Of a DNA stretch of 24,458 bases, positions 8,639-16,529 are shown piece after piece. Source of the DNA: Leptospirales bacterium (lineage in GTDB: Bacteria > Spirochaetota > Leptospiria > Turneriellales > JAOUFE01). The notes below the pieces were generated by a model. That model was not told the DNA's origin. It saw nothing but the letters and a program-made list of their open reading frames with translations, and searched no databases. The stretch is from positions 1 through 24,458 of the forward strand of contig JBEQLE010000065.1 in assembly GCA_040326155.1 (NCBI GenBank). The letters run 5' to 3'. How positions within the stretch are numbered: position 1 is the first letter of the stretch; each line of letters opens with the position of its first letter. The position numbers and the translations under genes are program-made.

Positions 8639-8680
8639 ATATTGTCGATGACAATATAGTAAGTAGTACTATATTGTCAA
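8639..8680 (-). promoter_or_regulatory. Sigma70 promoter overlapped by nested palindromic operator
   Basis: TTGACA (8680-8675), 16 nt, TATATT (8658-8653). Perfect 13-bp inverted repeat TGACAATATAGTA-agtag-TACTATATTGTCA (8649-8679) and a second, ATATTGTC-gat-GACAATAT (8639-8657). Confidence 0.7.
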
Positions 8681-8710
8681 TATATAGTGAGACATAAACT
8701 TTACACTTTT

Positions 8711-8733
8711 AAAAAATATTCGCAATATATCCC
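8711..8733 (+). repeat. Degenerate internal copy of the left TIR and its flank
   Basis: AAAAAATATTCGCAATATATCCC compared with AAAAAATATCGCAATTATCCC at 7742-7762. Confidence 0.45.
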
Positions 8734-8790
8734 ATCAGTATTGGTTTAGATTAAAAATATACTTAAATTTTTGTCCCCCGGTTATATATT

Positions 8791-9024
8791 TTAACAAACA
8801 ACCCTCCCCAACAGATCACTAAATATATCCTTATTATGACGATTGTTAAACCTCCAGCAAAACTCGTCAACATTTCTCTGAAGCCGCTTTTCCGATACAT
8901 GGTGAAAACTACCCATAATCCCGCATTTCAAAAGAGACAAAAAGTTCTCAACATTATTAACGTGAATCCCGTCTCTTGCATATTCTCCTAAAGAGTGATT
9001 AACCTTCAAGTGAAATTGCTCCAA
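8791..9024 (-). pseudogene. IS1595-family (ISXO2-like) transposase, C-terminal fragment
   Basis: VNHS...EY...GIHVNNVENFLSLLK..IMGSFHHVSEK.LQR.VDEFCWRFNNR is the characteristic C-terminus. The N-terminal zinc ribbon and first catalytic residues are absent, and there is an in-frame stop shortly upstream. Confidence 0.9.
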
Positions 9025-9212
9025 GTCATTTACGATATTTCTTATGGCACCATACCGCTATGTTCAGATCTGCCAAAAACAATGTTACTGGCGATTACAT
9101 GGCAGTGTTTATACTTTTTTATGTAATATATTCCTTTACCTTGGCTGGTTTTTTTCTTGGTGGTTTGGCATTTGTATTTCTTGGAATATCTTTGCCACTT
9201 AGTACGTTTTTA

Positions 9213-9236
9213 TATGTCCGTAAGGGGATGATTGCG
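9213..9236 (-). repeat. Terminal inverted repeat (right)
   Basis: Reverse complement is CGCAATCATCCCCTTACGGACATA. It lies 10 nt past the stop of the 386-aa gene. Confidence 0.85.
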
Positions 9237-9246
9237 AAATTGTTTA

Positions 9247-10407
9247 TTAACGAGTAAAGCTCTGCATAATGTAATCGATGTAATAACCCGGGGGGACGTC
9301 AGGCGGTACCGTAAAGGCAAAAACCCAACTATATTCGGCGTCTTCTTTGGTAACAGGCACACATAAAAAATATATAATATCAACATTTCTGGTAAACAGA
9401 TTGTAAAATCCATAAATTCTTAAATAACCGGTGAAGCCGTTTTTCCATTCTTCATATGCGACAACACTTGTTTCTTTTAATTCCCCCCATAGATAATCTT
9501 TTTGAATTTTCAGGTAGTTGTCAAGATCGGAATAGAATTTTCCCCATGTTGTATGGGCAATACCGACCCATCCCGCATTTGCGCCGATCGGCAGACTAAA
9601 TGTATATTGTATTTTAATCGGGGCAATCTGATGCACCAGATTTTGCTGTAGAGAAAGGGTCTTTGCAAAACTCGACGGCTCCAGTTTCCAACCGTATGGG
9701 GATTTCCACATCACGGAGTCCACCTGGAGAGTATTTTCGGCAATTTGAACGGCGTGAACCAAGTCAGGACCGCGCAAATTTATATCATTGGAGTTTTTTA
9801 TACCCCATGCCATCCAGTAATAAAAAAAAGTAACCAGCATTATCCAGGCAATCGATAAATAGAACCGGTGATATCTTTTGCTTTTGCTTAATAAATCAGC
9901 AAATATAAAAATAAGAATAAGTAACACAAAGAATCCAAAAATGGGAGCAGAGAACGGGAAAAAATATAAAGGGGGAGTGCAAACGATTAACGAAATATAA
10001 AAAATTCGTCTTGTAATAACGCTAATCTGCCGGTTTATTGTTCTAAATAAATAGTACGCCGCAAAGGCCCCAAAAAATGCATAAAGGCTGACAGGCAGAA
10101 TATTATGTATTGAAAATTTTAGAATACCCGCAAGTAACGATACAAAAAAAATCAAAAATATTGAAACCCATTTGGCGACATAGAGTGGGTCCAGCCATGA
10201 AATTACTCTGCCGGCTTTTTTAAGGCTGATCAGTGTCGAATCGTTCAAAGACAAAATAACTTTTCTACCCGGCTTGACTTTGAATTGGGTAATATCTTCG
10301 CGATGAATTGTTATTTTCTTTTCCGGTATTTCGAGACGGTTATTATATAATCGGGCGGGAAAATATTCGTGATCTACTTCGGCAATAATATCTGATTTTC
10401 GAGCCAC
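9247..10407 (-). CDS. Hypothetical multi-pass membrane protein
   Basis: GTG start 6 nt after the JAB gene stop. Soluble N-terminal ~70 aa, about 5-6 TM segments and a soluble C-terminal domain. Confidence 0.75.
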   Translation of the reverse strand: MARKSDIIAEVDHEYFPARLYNNRLEIPEKKITIHREDITQFKVKPGRKVILSLNDSTLISLKKAGRVISWLDPLYVAKWVSIFLIFFVSLLAGILKFSIHNILPVSLYAFFGAFAAYYLFRTINRQISVITRRIFYISLIVCTPPLYFFPFSAPIFGFFVLLILIFIFADLLSKSKRYHRFYLSIAWIMLVTFFYYWMAWGIKNSNDINLRGPDLVHAVQIAENTLQVDSVMWKSPYGWKLEPSSFAKTLSLQQNLVHQIAPIKIQYTFSLPIGANAGWVGIAHTTWGKFYSDLDNYLKIQKDYLWGELKETSVVAYEEWKNGFTGYLRIYGFYNLFTRNVDIIYFLCVPVTKEDAEYSWVFAFTVPPDVPPGYYIDYIMQSFTR

Positions 10408-10413
10408 GTAAAG

Positions 10414-10887
10414 TTATACCAACTCAACCTTTACCAGATCGTAGTCTTTTGTATCTTTATTAAATACAAATGCTGCCGTTTCACCTTCTTCACCTTTATC
10501 TACCGAAACTACCAGGTAACAAGAAGCTGGAAATACCGGGCCCGACCCGTCAGGCAGAGTCATTTGGTGTTTATCTTCATCGGAAAAATATGCGCCGCAA
10601 TCAATGTGAGAGTGAACAATGCTGAAAAGTTCTCCACCAACTGAAGTCGCTTCCTCTATTGCATTATTGAGTTTTAAAGAGTCCATTAAAAAGGCATCTT
10701 TTGAAGTACGCGGGTAACTCTCAGAGTCGAGCTTATGATATTTATCTTGCAGGTTCGCTGCGGGAAAATATGTTAAAGCGCCATCGGCATTTTTTATAAT
10801 CCACCCACAGGCTTCTCCCGGATATTCCGCCTTCGCCTGTGCGAAAATTTCATTCCTTGTTTTTTTATCTACTTGTATTGAATTCAT
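10414..10887 (-). CDS. JAB/MPN (Mov34, M67) metallo-isopeptidase, Mec-like
   Basis: N-terminal catalytic Glu (YPGEACG) and JAMM motif HSHIDCGAYFSDED (HxHx7SxxD). Confidence 0.9.
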   Translation of the reverse strand: MNSIQVDKKTRNEIFAQAKAEYPGEACGWIIKNADGALTYFPAANLQDKYHKLDSESYPRTSKDAFLMDSLKLNNAIEEATSVGGELFSIVHSHIDCGAYFSDEDKHQMTLPDGSGPVFPASCYLVVSVDKGEEGETAAFVFNKDTKDYDLVKVELV

Positions 10888-11375
10888 TTTGATTTTAAAT
10901 ACTCCAGTATTTCACCCACATGCTCTTTTACTTTAACTTTCGGGTATGATTTTATTATTTTACCTTTCTCTATTACAAAAGTGCTTCGTTGAATTCCCAT
11001 AAAAACTTTGCCATACAACTTTTTTTCTACCCAGACCCCGAATGCTTCTGTAACTTTCCCCTCTTCGTCGCTCAAAAGTGGAAATTTCAAATCTAGCTTC
11101 CCGATAAATTTACAGTGAGACTTTACATTATCTCGTGAACATCCAATTACTCTGGTTCCCGATTTCGAGATTTTCGCCAGAGCCTCTTGAAAATCTTTTG
11201 CCTCTGTTGTACACCCCGGAGTGTTATCTCTTGGGTAAAAATACAAAACAACGGCTCCTTCTTTCCACAATGTATCAAGCTTGACTTTTTTACCGGTCTC
11301 GTAATGATCGGCATCTTCAGGATCAACCAGAATTACATCGAGTCCTTTCGGAACTTTATCACCTTCTATTAGCAT
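10884..11375 (-). CDS. bcp: Peroxiredoxin Q / thioredoxin-dependent thiol peroxidase
   Basis: VLYFYPRDNTPGCTTEAKDF active site and GIQRSTFVI. Start moved from 11408 to ATG 11375. The stop overlaps the JAB start (ATGA). Confidence 0.93.
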   Translation of the reverse strand: MLIEGDKVPKGLDVILVDPEDADHYETGKKVKLDTLWKEGAVVLYFYPRDNTPGCTTEAKDFQEALAKISKSGTRVIGCSRDNVKSHCKFIGKLDLKFPLLSDEEGKVTEAFGVWVEKKLYGKVFMGIQRSTFVIEKGKIIKSYPKVKVKEHVGEILEYLKSK

Positions 11376-11667
11376 AATCCAGACTTTAAGCGCGCAAGAG
11401 AGTGTCATTCAAAAATTAAGGCAAAAATTCAGGGCAAATTCAAAACGCTAATGCAATCAAAATAAGATAAAAGAACCCCATAAAAACTTCCGATAGAAGA
11501 AGTGCAAACCATTTCCAAAGGATGCCCATATGGGATTACAGTTTAGTCACTTATCAGTTTCGGATGGAGTCGTCATTAGCAATATTAATAATAAAATAGA
11601 ATAAATCGATTGATAGCATAAGTCTAAAGTAAAATGAAACCGTAGCACAATAAATGGATAGCGTATT

Positions 11668-12189
11668 ATGAAAAAAGTATTAGGTTTTATCGAAAAATGG
11701 TTTGAATGGATTTTATGGGAGAGCAGAATTATTGTTTTGCTGGCGGTCATTACCAGTATAATTTCGGCCATCGTTTTAACTATTTTTGGCACGCTCGATA
11801 TCTATTATTCAATGAAAGATATTATGGATGCTTTTAGCGATAAAGAAGCATTCTATGAAATTTATGTGAAGTTGCTGGGTTCGGTTGTGTCTGCCATGGA
11901 CCTTTATTTGATTGCAACGGTTTTGCTGATTTTTGGAATTGGTTTGTATGAACTTTTTATCAGTCGAATTGACCATGTAGAAGATGACAAAAAATCGAGT
12001 GGTATTTTAAAAATTCACAATCTAGACCAGCTAAAAGAAAAGCTTTTAAAAGTGATTCATGTGGTGTTGGTTGTTTACTTTTTTAAATACGCGATAAAAC
12101 TGAATTATACCACCATACTAGATCTACTTTATCTTGCCATAGCAATATTGTTGATTTCCGCTTCGGTGTATTTAACAAATAAAAAGTAA
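11668..12189 (+). CDS. YqhA-family (UPF0114) membrane protein
   Basis: Four TM segments, DLYLIATVLLIFGIGLYELFISRI and LDQLKEKL motifs. Confidence 0.88.
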   Translation: MKKVLGFIEKWFEWILWESRIIVLLAVITSIISAIVLTIFGTLDIYYSMKDIMDAFSDKEAFYEIYVKLLGSVVSAMDLYLIATVLLIFGIGLYELFISRIDHVEDDKKSSGILKIHNLDQLKEKLLKVIHVVLVVYFFKYAIKLNYTTILDLLYLAIAILLISASVYLTNKK

Positions 12190-12223
12190 TCTGGTTTCAC
12201 TTTATTTTAACTTCATTTTAACA

Positions 12224-13771
12224 TTAAAGGTCGAAACCTTCTTGCAGGGAGTCTCGATTTTTCTTCCAGAACCTGTTTATTATTTTTCCCATTTTGGCGC
12301 GCCCGAATAAGCCGAAACCCAATACCAGGGCGATAATAATGACAAGGTAGCCTATTAACCATGGAATGTCAATTAATGCCTTCCAGAGGTTTGTGACGAG
12401 TTCGATGGAAATATCCATACTAAACAAGCTGACTACGCCTTCGGTTACAACATAAAAGAATCCGAGTGAAAAAGTTACTGTCATTAAGAGGAAATGAGCT
12501 ATACGTCGAAATGTTATCCAGGTTTTGACTTTGTCTAACAGTGACGTTACACCACCGAGAGGGGATGAAATGGCAATCCATTGGTTTTGTATATTACCTA
12601 CATTGATTGTCTCTTTGTCTTTTACAACTTCAAGTTTTGTTGGCAGGTTTGTGGGACCGTACCCTTCTGGACACTGGACTATTTTTTCAAAGGTTGTGTA
12701 GTGAACTTTGGGAGTATCTGTTCCCGCTTTTTCGGATAATCGGGCAATGTCGCGCGGTAAATACCGGTAATATACATTGAGACCCGAACGAGGGTTGTAA
12801 CATTTGTCATTAATATTGCGCAAAGCTTTTATATCTTCTCTGGCCGATTTGGAAAATTGTACTCCCGCTGCTTCGGCTCTATTCATCATCCAGTCGAGAC
12901 TTACATGTGACATTCCCGACTTGGGGTAGCCCCCGCCAACGTTGGAGTGAACCCCGGAAAACCAGACTTGTTCTATGACCTGGTCTTTATTTCTGTTGTT
13001 CTGTTCTTTCCAGATATTGGGGCGTAACGTCTTTCGCTCATCGTCAATGGAAATGGCGTGGTAGGCTTTTTTAACATTTTGTCCTAAAATGTTATTGGTA
13101 AATTCAAATTTATATACATATTTGTTAATTGCATGTTTTATAATTTCAACGGGAATGCCCACAGCTGAAGTAGAGTCCCAGACTCCGATAAACTCAATGG
13201 CTGGAATTCCATCGTCATCTTTAGTTCGGTGTACTGCAAATTTTTCGCGAAAATTTTCCAGTTTCGGGGTCCGCATGATCATATGACCCAGGGAACCTAT
13301 GAGGGTATGGTATTTTCTTCTGTAAACTTTGTACGCATCTTTAGTCGCCTCACCCAGGTTCAGGTTACTTTTTCTGATGTCGACGATACCGCATGTTGCA
13401 ATTAAACCAGCCAAGGCCCTGACTGTATAAGCGCCGCGAGAAAATCCGAAAAAAAACAGTTTATCTCCGGGTTTATATACTCTTGCAATCGCCTCATATA
13501 GCTGGCAAATATTTTTACTTACCCCGTAGCCAAACATTCCTCCCAGTATTTTCAAAGGTTTCCAGTCATCATTACCGACTCCGTCGTCATAAAAGGCGAC
13601 TTGTTTTCTGAGTCCCTTTGCTTCTTTATCATAAAAACCGCCGACATTCACACTTTCAAAGATTTTAAAAACATTTGTTTTATTTGATTTTGCTGCGCTA
13701 TTGCCTGTTCCGTCCGAGCAAATTATAATATTTTTTCCGATTACTTTCTTTTTTTTTGTCTGGGTTGCCAT
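12224..13771 (-). CDS. DUF2235 (Tle1-like) alpha/beta hydrolase with C-terminal membrane helices
   Basis: KNIIICSDGTGN, TNVFK, FGFSRGAYT (nucleophile Ser), GVWD, HAISIDDER and WFSGVHSNVGGGY motifs. Two C-terminal hydrophobic helices. Confidence 0.9.
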   Translation of the reverse strand: MATQTKKKKVIGKNIIICSDGTGNSAAKSNKTNVFKIFESVNVGGFYDKEAKGLRKQVAFYDDGVGNDDWKPLKILGGMFGYGVSKNICQLYEAIARVYKPGDKLFFFGFSRGAYTVRALAGLIATCGIVDIRKSNLNLGEATKDAYKVYRRKYHTLIGSLGHMIMRTPKLENFREKFAVHRTKDDDGIPAIEFIGVWDSTSAVGIPVEIIKHAINKYVYKFEFTNNILGQNVKKAYHAISIDDERKTLRPNIWKEQNNRNKDQVIEQVWFSGVHSNVGGGYPKSGMSHVSLDWMMNRAEAAGVQFSKSAREDIKALRNINDKCYNPRSGLNVYYRYLPRDIARLSEKAGTDTPKVHYTTFEKIVQCPEGYGPTNLPTKLEVVKDKETINVGNIQNQWIAISSPLGGVTSLLDKVKTWITFRRIAHFLLMTVTFSLGFFYVVTEGVVSLFSMDISIELVTNLWKALIDIPWLIGYLVIIIALVLGFGLFGRAKMGKIINRFWKKNRDSLQEGFDL

Positions 13772-13945
13772 TTGAATTCCTTGTCATTATAAAACGACCA
13801 TTATTTCTGTATATTTGTCACTATATCATCATGGGTTGATGAATCAACAATTATATTTAATTTTTATAATTTATACAACCAAAAGAGGGGAGTCTGAAAT
13901 ACCGTTTTGTACTTGCTGCCGGATTATCAATTATTAATATGCTAC

Positions 13946-14947
13946 ATGTGGATTGCAATAGATGCAGCGGGGGCCGATCTTGGGCCAGAGCCAATTGTCA
14001 GTGGCGCGATAATGGCTATACAAGAGTACAATCTAAATGTAATACTCGTGGGTAATGGTTCTGTGCTTGAAGGCCTGGTGTCGAAGCATAGCCAATTTGC
14101 ATCTAACATTAGAATTGAACATGCGCCGCAAACAATCGATATGGACGAGTCGCCGGGCAAGGCTATACGCGATAAAAAAGATTCATCGATTATGATTGCA
14201 ACGCGGCTGGTAAAAGACGGGGAGGCCATTGGCTTTTTTTCACCCGGTAATACCGGCGCAAGTATGGCTTCGGCCTTTAAGCAGTTAGGACGTCTGCCGA
14301 AGGTAAAAAGACCTGTAATTGTTACGCCTATTCCCAGGCAAGGTCAAGCGCCGAGTGTTCTTGTCGATGCGGGAGCCAATGTTGATTCTAATCCTGATGT
14401 TCTTCTACAGTCCGCCATAATGGGTGAAATATACTCTCGTGAAATTCTTAAAGTTATACACCCGAGCATCGGAATACTATCCAATGGAGAAGAAGAGAGT
14501 AAAGGCACGGAGTTAACTCAGAAGGTATATAAGGCTTTAAAGAAACTGCCCATTAATTTCGTCGGAAACGTCGAAGGTCGAGATATGTTTGGCGATGGTA
14601 AGTTGGTAGATGTTATCGTTACCGACGGTTTTACCGGCAATATTGTTATTAAAACCATCGAGGGCGCGGCAAAAGCCATTTTCAATATTCTGAAAAATAA
14701 CATTAAAGAATCACCTCTGGCTAAAACCGGGGCTCTGCTTCTAAAGCCAACATTGCAGGCGGTGAAAAGACAAATGGACCACTCCAGTTATGGAGGGGCA
14801 CCACTTCTCGGGGTGAACGGAATTGTAATGATCGGTCACGGCTCAAGCAATGCCTGGTCCGTAAAAAACGCCTTGCGAATTACAAAAGAATTTTCAAGTC
14901 ACAAGATTAATCGCCATATTGTCGATAATATTGAACAATTCTGTTAA
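13946..14947 (+). CDS. plsX: Phosphate acyltransferase PlsX
   Basis: IAIDAxGxD, SPGNTGA, DAGAN, NGEEESKG, FVGNVEGRD, DGFTGN, YGGAPLLGV and HGSS motifs. Start moved from 13907 to ATG 13946. Confidence 0.96.
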   Translation: MWIAIDAAGADLGPEPIVSGAIMAIQEYNLNVILVGNGSVLEGLVSKHSQFASNIRIEHAPQTIDMDESPGKAIRDKKDSSIMIATRLVKDGEAIGFFSPGNTGASMASAFKQLGRLPKVKRPVIVTPIPRQGQAPSVLVDAGANVDSNPDVLLQSAIMGEIYSREILKVIHPSIGILSNGEEESKGTELTQKVYKALKKLPINFVGNVEGRDMFGDGKLVDVIVTDGFTGNIVIKTIEGAAKAIFNILKNNIKESPLAKTGALLLKPTLQAVKRQMDHSSYGGAPLLGVNGIVMIGHGSSNAWSVKNALRITKEFSSHKINRHIVDNIEQFC

Positions 14948-14984
14948 GGGCACCGTAAAAACGAAGTTTTTAGAGGTGGCCTTA
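14945..14984. terminator. Hairpin between convergent plsX and S41 protease genes
   Basis: TAAGG-G-CACC-G-TAAAAAC-GAA-GTTTTTA-GA-GGTG-G-CCTTA. The stem includes both stop codons. Confidence 0.55.
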
Positions 14985-16343
14985 GTTCAACAATTTAATT
15001 GCTTTTTTTAACTGAACATCAAACTCTAAATCGTATATCGGTCGAGGTCCGCTGAAGGTAGCTTGTTTTAAAGTAAATTGCAATGCAAAATCACTCAAAG
15101 GAAGCTTCTTATCTTCTAAGTACTTTTTAAAAAGCGCTATATTGGCTTTATTATACTCTTTGTGGTCTACGATAAATTTATCAACCAGTTTCTTCTCTCT
15201 TATAACTCGAAAATTTTGTTTATCTTCTTTAGTAAAGTCAAGCGGTTTGACTTCATGGTCAGGCATAATGCCTTTATGATGAATCGATTCTCCCGATGGA
15301 GTGTAGTACTTTTGAATTGTAAGTGCGATTCCGGTATTATAGGGCAGTTGCAACACACGCTGTACGGACCCTTTTCCAAAGGTTTTTGTTCCTACAACAA
15401 TCCCCCTTTTGTGGTCTTTTACTGCTCCGGTGACAATTTCACTGGCTGAAGCCGAACCTTCGTTTACAAGAACGACGAGTTTCATATCGGCTGCAATAGC
15501 GTTTCTAGGGTTTGCTTGAAATATCTGGTCCTCTGCTTTTCTTCGTCCTCTGGTCGAAACAATGACGCCTTCGTTAATAAAAATATTACTGATTTTATAG
15601 GCAGCGTCCAGCAGCCCACCGGGATTCCAGCGCAGGTCAAGTATAAGACTCTCGGCCCCATTTTCTTTCAGTTGCTTAACCATGTTTGCAATGTCTCTGG
15701 TAGAGGGTTCTGAAAATTGTTTTAACTTAATATACCCGATTTTGGTGCCTTCAATCATTCCACCGGTTACAACTTTAATTTTAATAATTTCACGAATAAT
15801 ATCGAAACTGAGTGATTCGGCCTCACCTTCACGTACAACCGTAATATTTACGGATGAACCGGGTTTACCGCGCAGTTTTTTTACTGCTTCGATTAAGGTT
15901 ATTCCCTGTGTCGTCTCTTTCTCAATTTCAACAATTTTATCACCGGGTTCTAGCCCGGCTCGCATAGCGGGAGTATCTTCAATGGGGGAGATCACGGTTA
16001 AGATTCCGTCTCGCAGCGCAATTTCTATACCGAGGCCGCCAAAATTGCCTCTTGTATCGTTGCGCAGGTCGTCAAATTCTTCTGGAGTCATAAAGCGGGT
16101 ATGAGGGTCGCCCGTAGCTTTTAATATTCCCTTAATGGCCCCAAACCAGAGTTCACGACTGGGAATTTCTTCAACATAGTCATTTTCAACATAATGCAGT
16201 ACGGTATTGTATAGTTCACGTAAGCCGGCTTCGGTAATATGTCCTGGTTTACTCTGTAGTTGTCCCCAAGCCCCGGCAATAAAGATAGATAATGATACGG
16301 TTATCCCGATCAGATTTTTTTTGTGTTGATGGAAGAAATTCAT
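14982..16343 (-). CDS. ctpA: S41-family carboxy-terminal processing protease with PDZ domain
   Basis: GGLGIEI PDZ loop, LILDLRWNPGG, SASASEIVTGA (catalytic Ser), TFGKGSVQ (Lys) and YYTPSG. Confidence 0.95.
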   Translation of the reverse strand: MNFFHQHKKNLIGITVSLSIFIAGAWGQLQSKPGHITEAGLRELYNTVLHYVENDYVEEIPSRELWFGAIKGILKATGDPHTRFMTPEEFDDLRNDTRGNFGGLGIEIALRDGILTVISPIEDTPAMRAGLEPGDKIVEIEKETTQGITLIEAVKKLRGKPGSSVNITVVREGEAESLSFDIIREIIKIKVVTGGMIEGTKIGYIKLKQFSEPSTRDIANMVKQLKENGAESLILDLRWNPGGLLDAAYKISNIFINEGVIVSTRGRRKAEDQIFQANPRNAIAADMKLVVLVNEGSASASEIVTGAVKDHKRGIVVGTKTFGKGSVQRVLQLPYNTGIALTIQKYYTPSGESIHHKGIMPDHEVKPLDFTKEDKQNFRVIREKKLVDKFIVDHKEYNKANIALFKKYLEDKKLPLSDFALQFTLKQATFSGPRPIYDLEFDVQLKKAIKLLN

Positions 16344-16529
16344 ACTGTCAAGTTATGATTTTTTTATCCGTGGTCAAGAAATTTATATTTGTACATCTTG
16401 TAGGTTTGCTCGATTTTTCTCTTAAATTTAGCTTGTAATCTCAACTACCGATTTTATATTCACGATTACAACCCTGTATTTTCCAATTTGAATATTATCA
16501 GCAAATACTCGAAATAAAAGTGGAACCAA

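Larger units (their letters stand above)
7751..9236. mobile_element. IS1595-family-derived non-autonomous element with passenger genes
   Basis: Terminal inverted repeats with 23/24 identity enclose an IS1595-type transposase fragment and two AT-rich ORFs. Inserted between convergent genes. Confidence 0.8.

Noticed and set aside
9119..9229. Minus-strand frame ending KNVLSGKDIPRNTNAKPPRKKPAKVKEYIT*
   Set aside because: It has no start codon or RBS inside the element. It may be a gene remnant but cannot be supported.
9060..9257. 65-aa hydrophobic ORF on the + strand
   Set aside because: It runs through the right TIR into the neighbouring gene's stop, and its hydrophobicity reflects T-rich sequence.
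8771..9297. Inverted similarity between TTGTCCCCCGGTTAT (8771-8785) and ATAACCCGGGGGGAC (9283-9297)
   Set aside because: The match is short and needs indels, and the second copy is ordinary coding sequence (VPPGY).
11411..11445. Short imperfect GGCAAA(AA)TTCA repeats upstream of bcp
   Set aside because: Only 2-3 degenerate AT-rich units, with no spacer structure.
10414..13771. JAB plus lipase-like gene as a possible CBASS or ubiquitin-like defence system
   Set aside because: There is no CD-NTase, E1/E2 or Ubl gene, and the two genes are separated by bcp and a divergent YqhA-family gene.
13835..13848. GTTGAT-GA-ATCAAC palindrome resembling an FNR box
   Set aside because: The spacer is 2 nt, not the 4 nt of TTGAT-N4-ATCAA. 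Too short to call.
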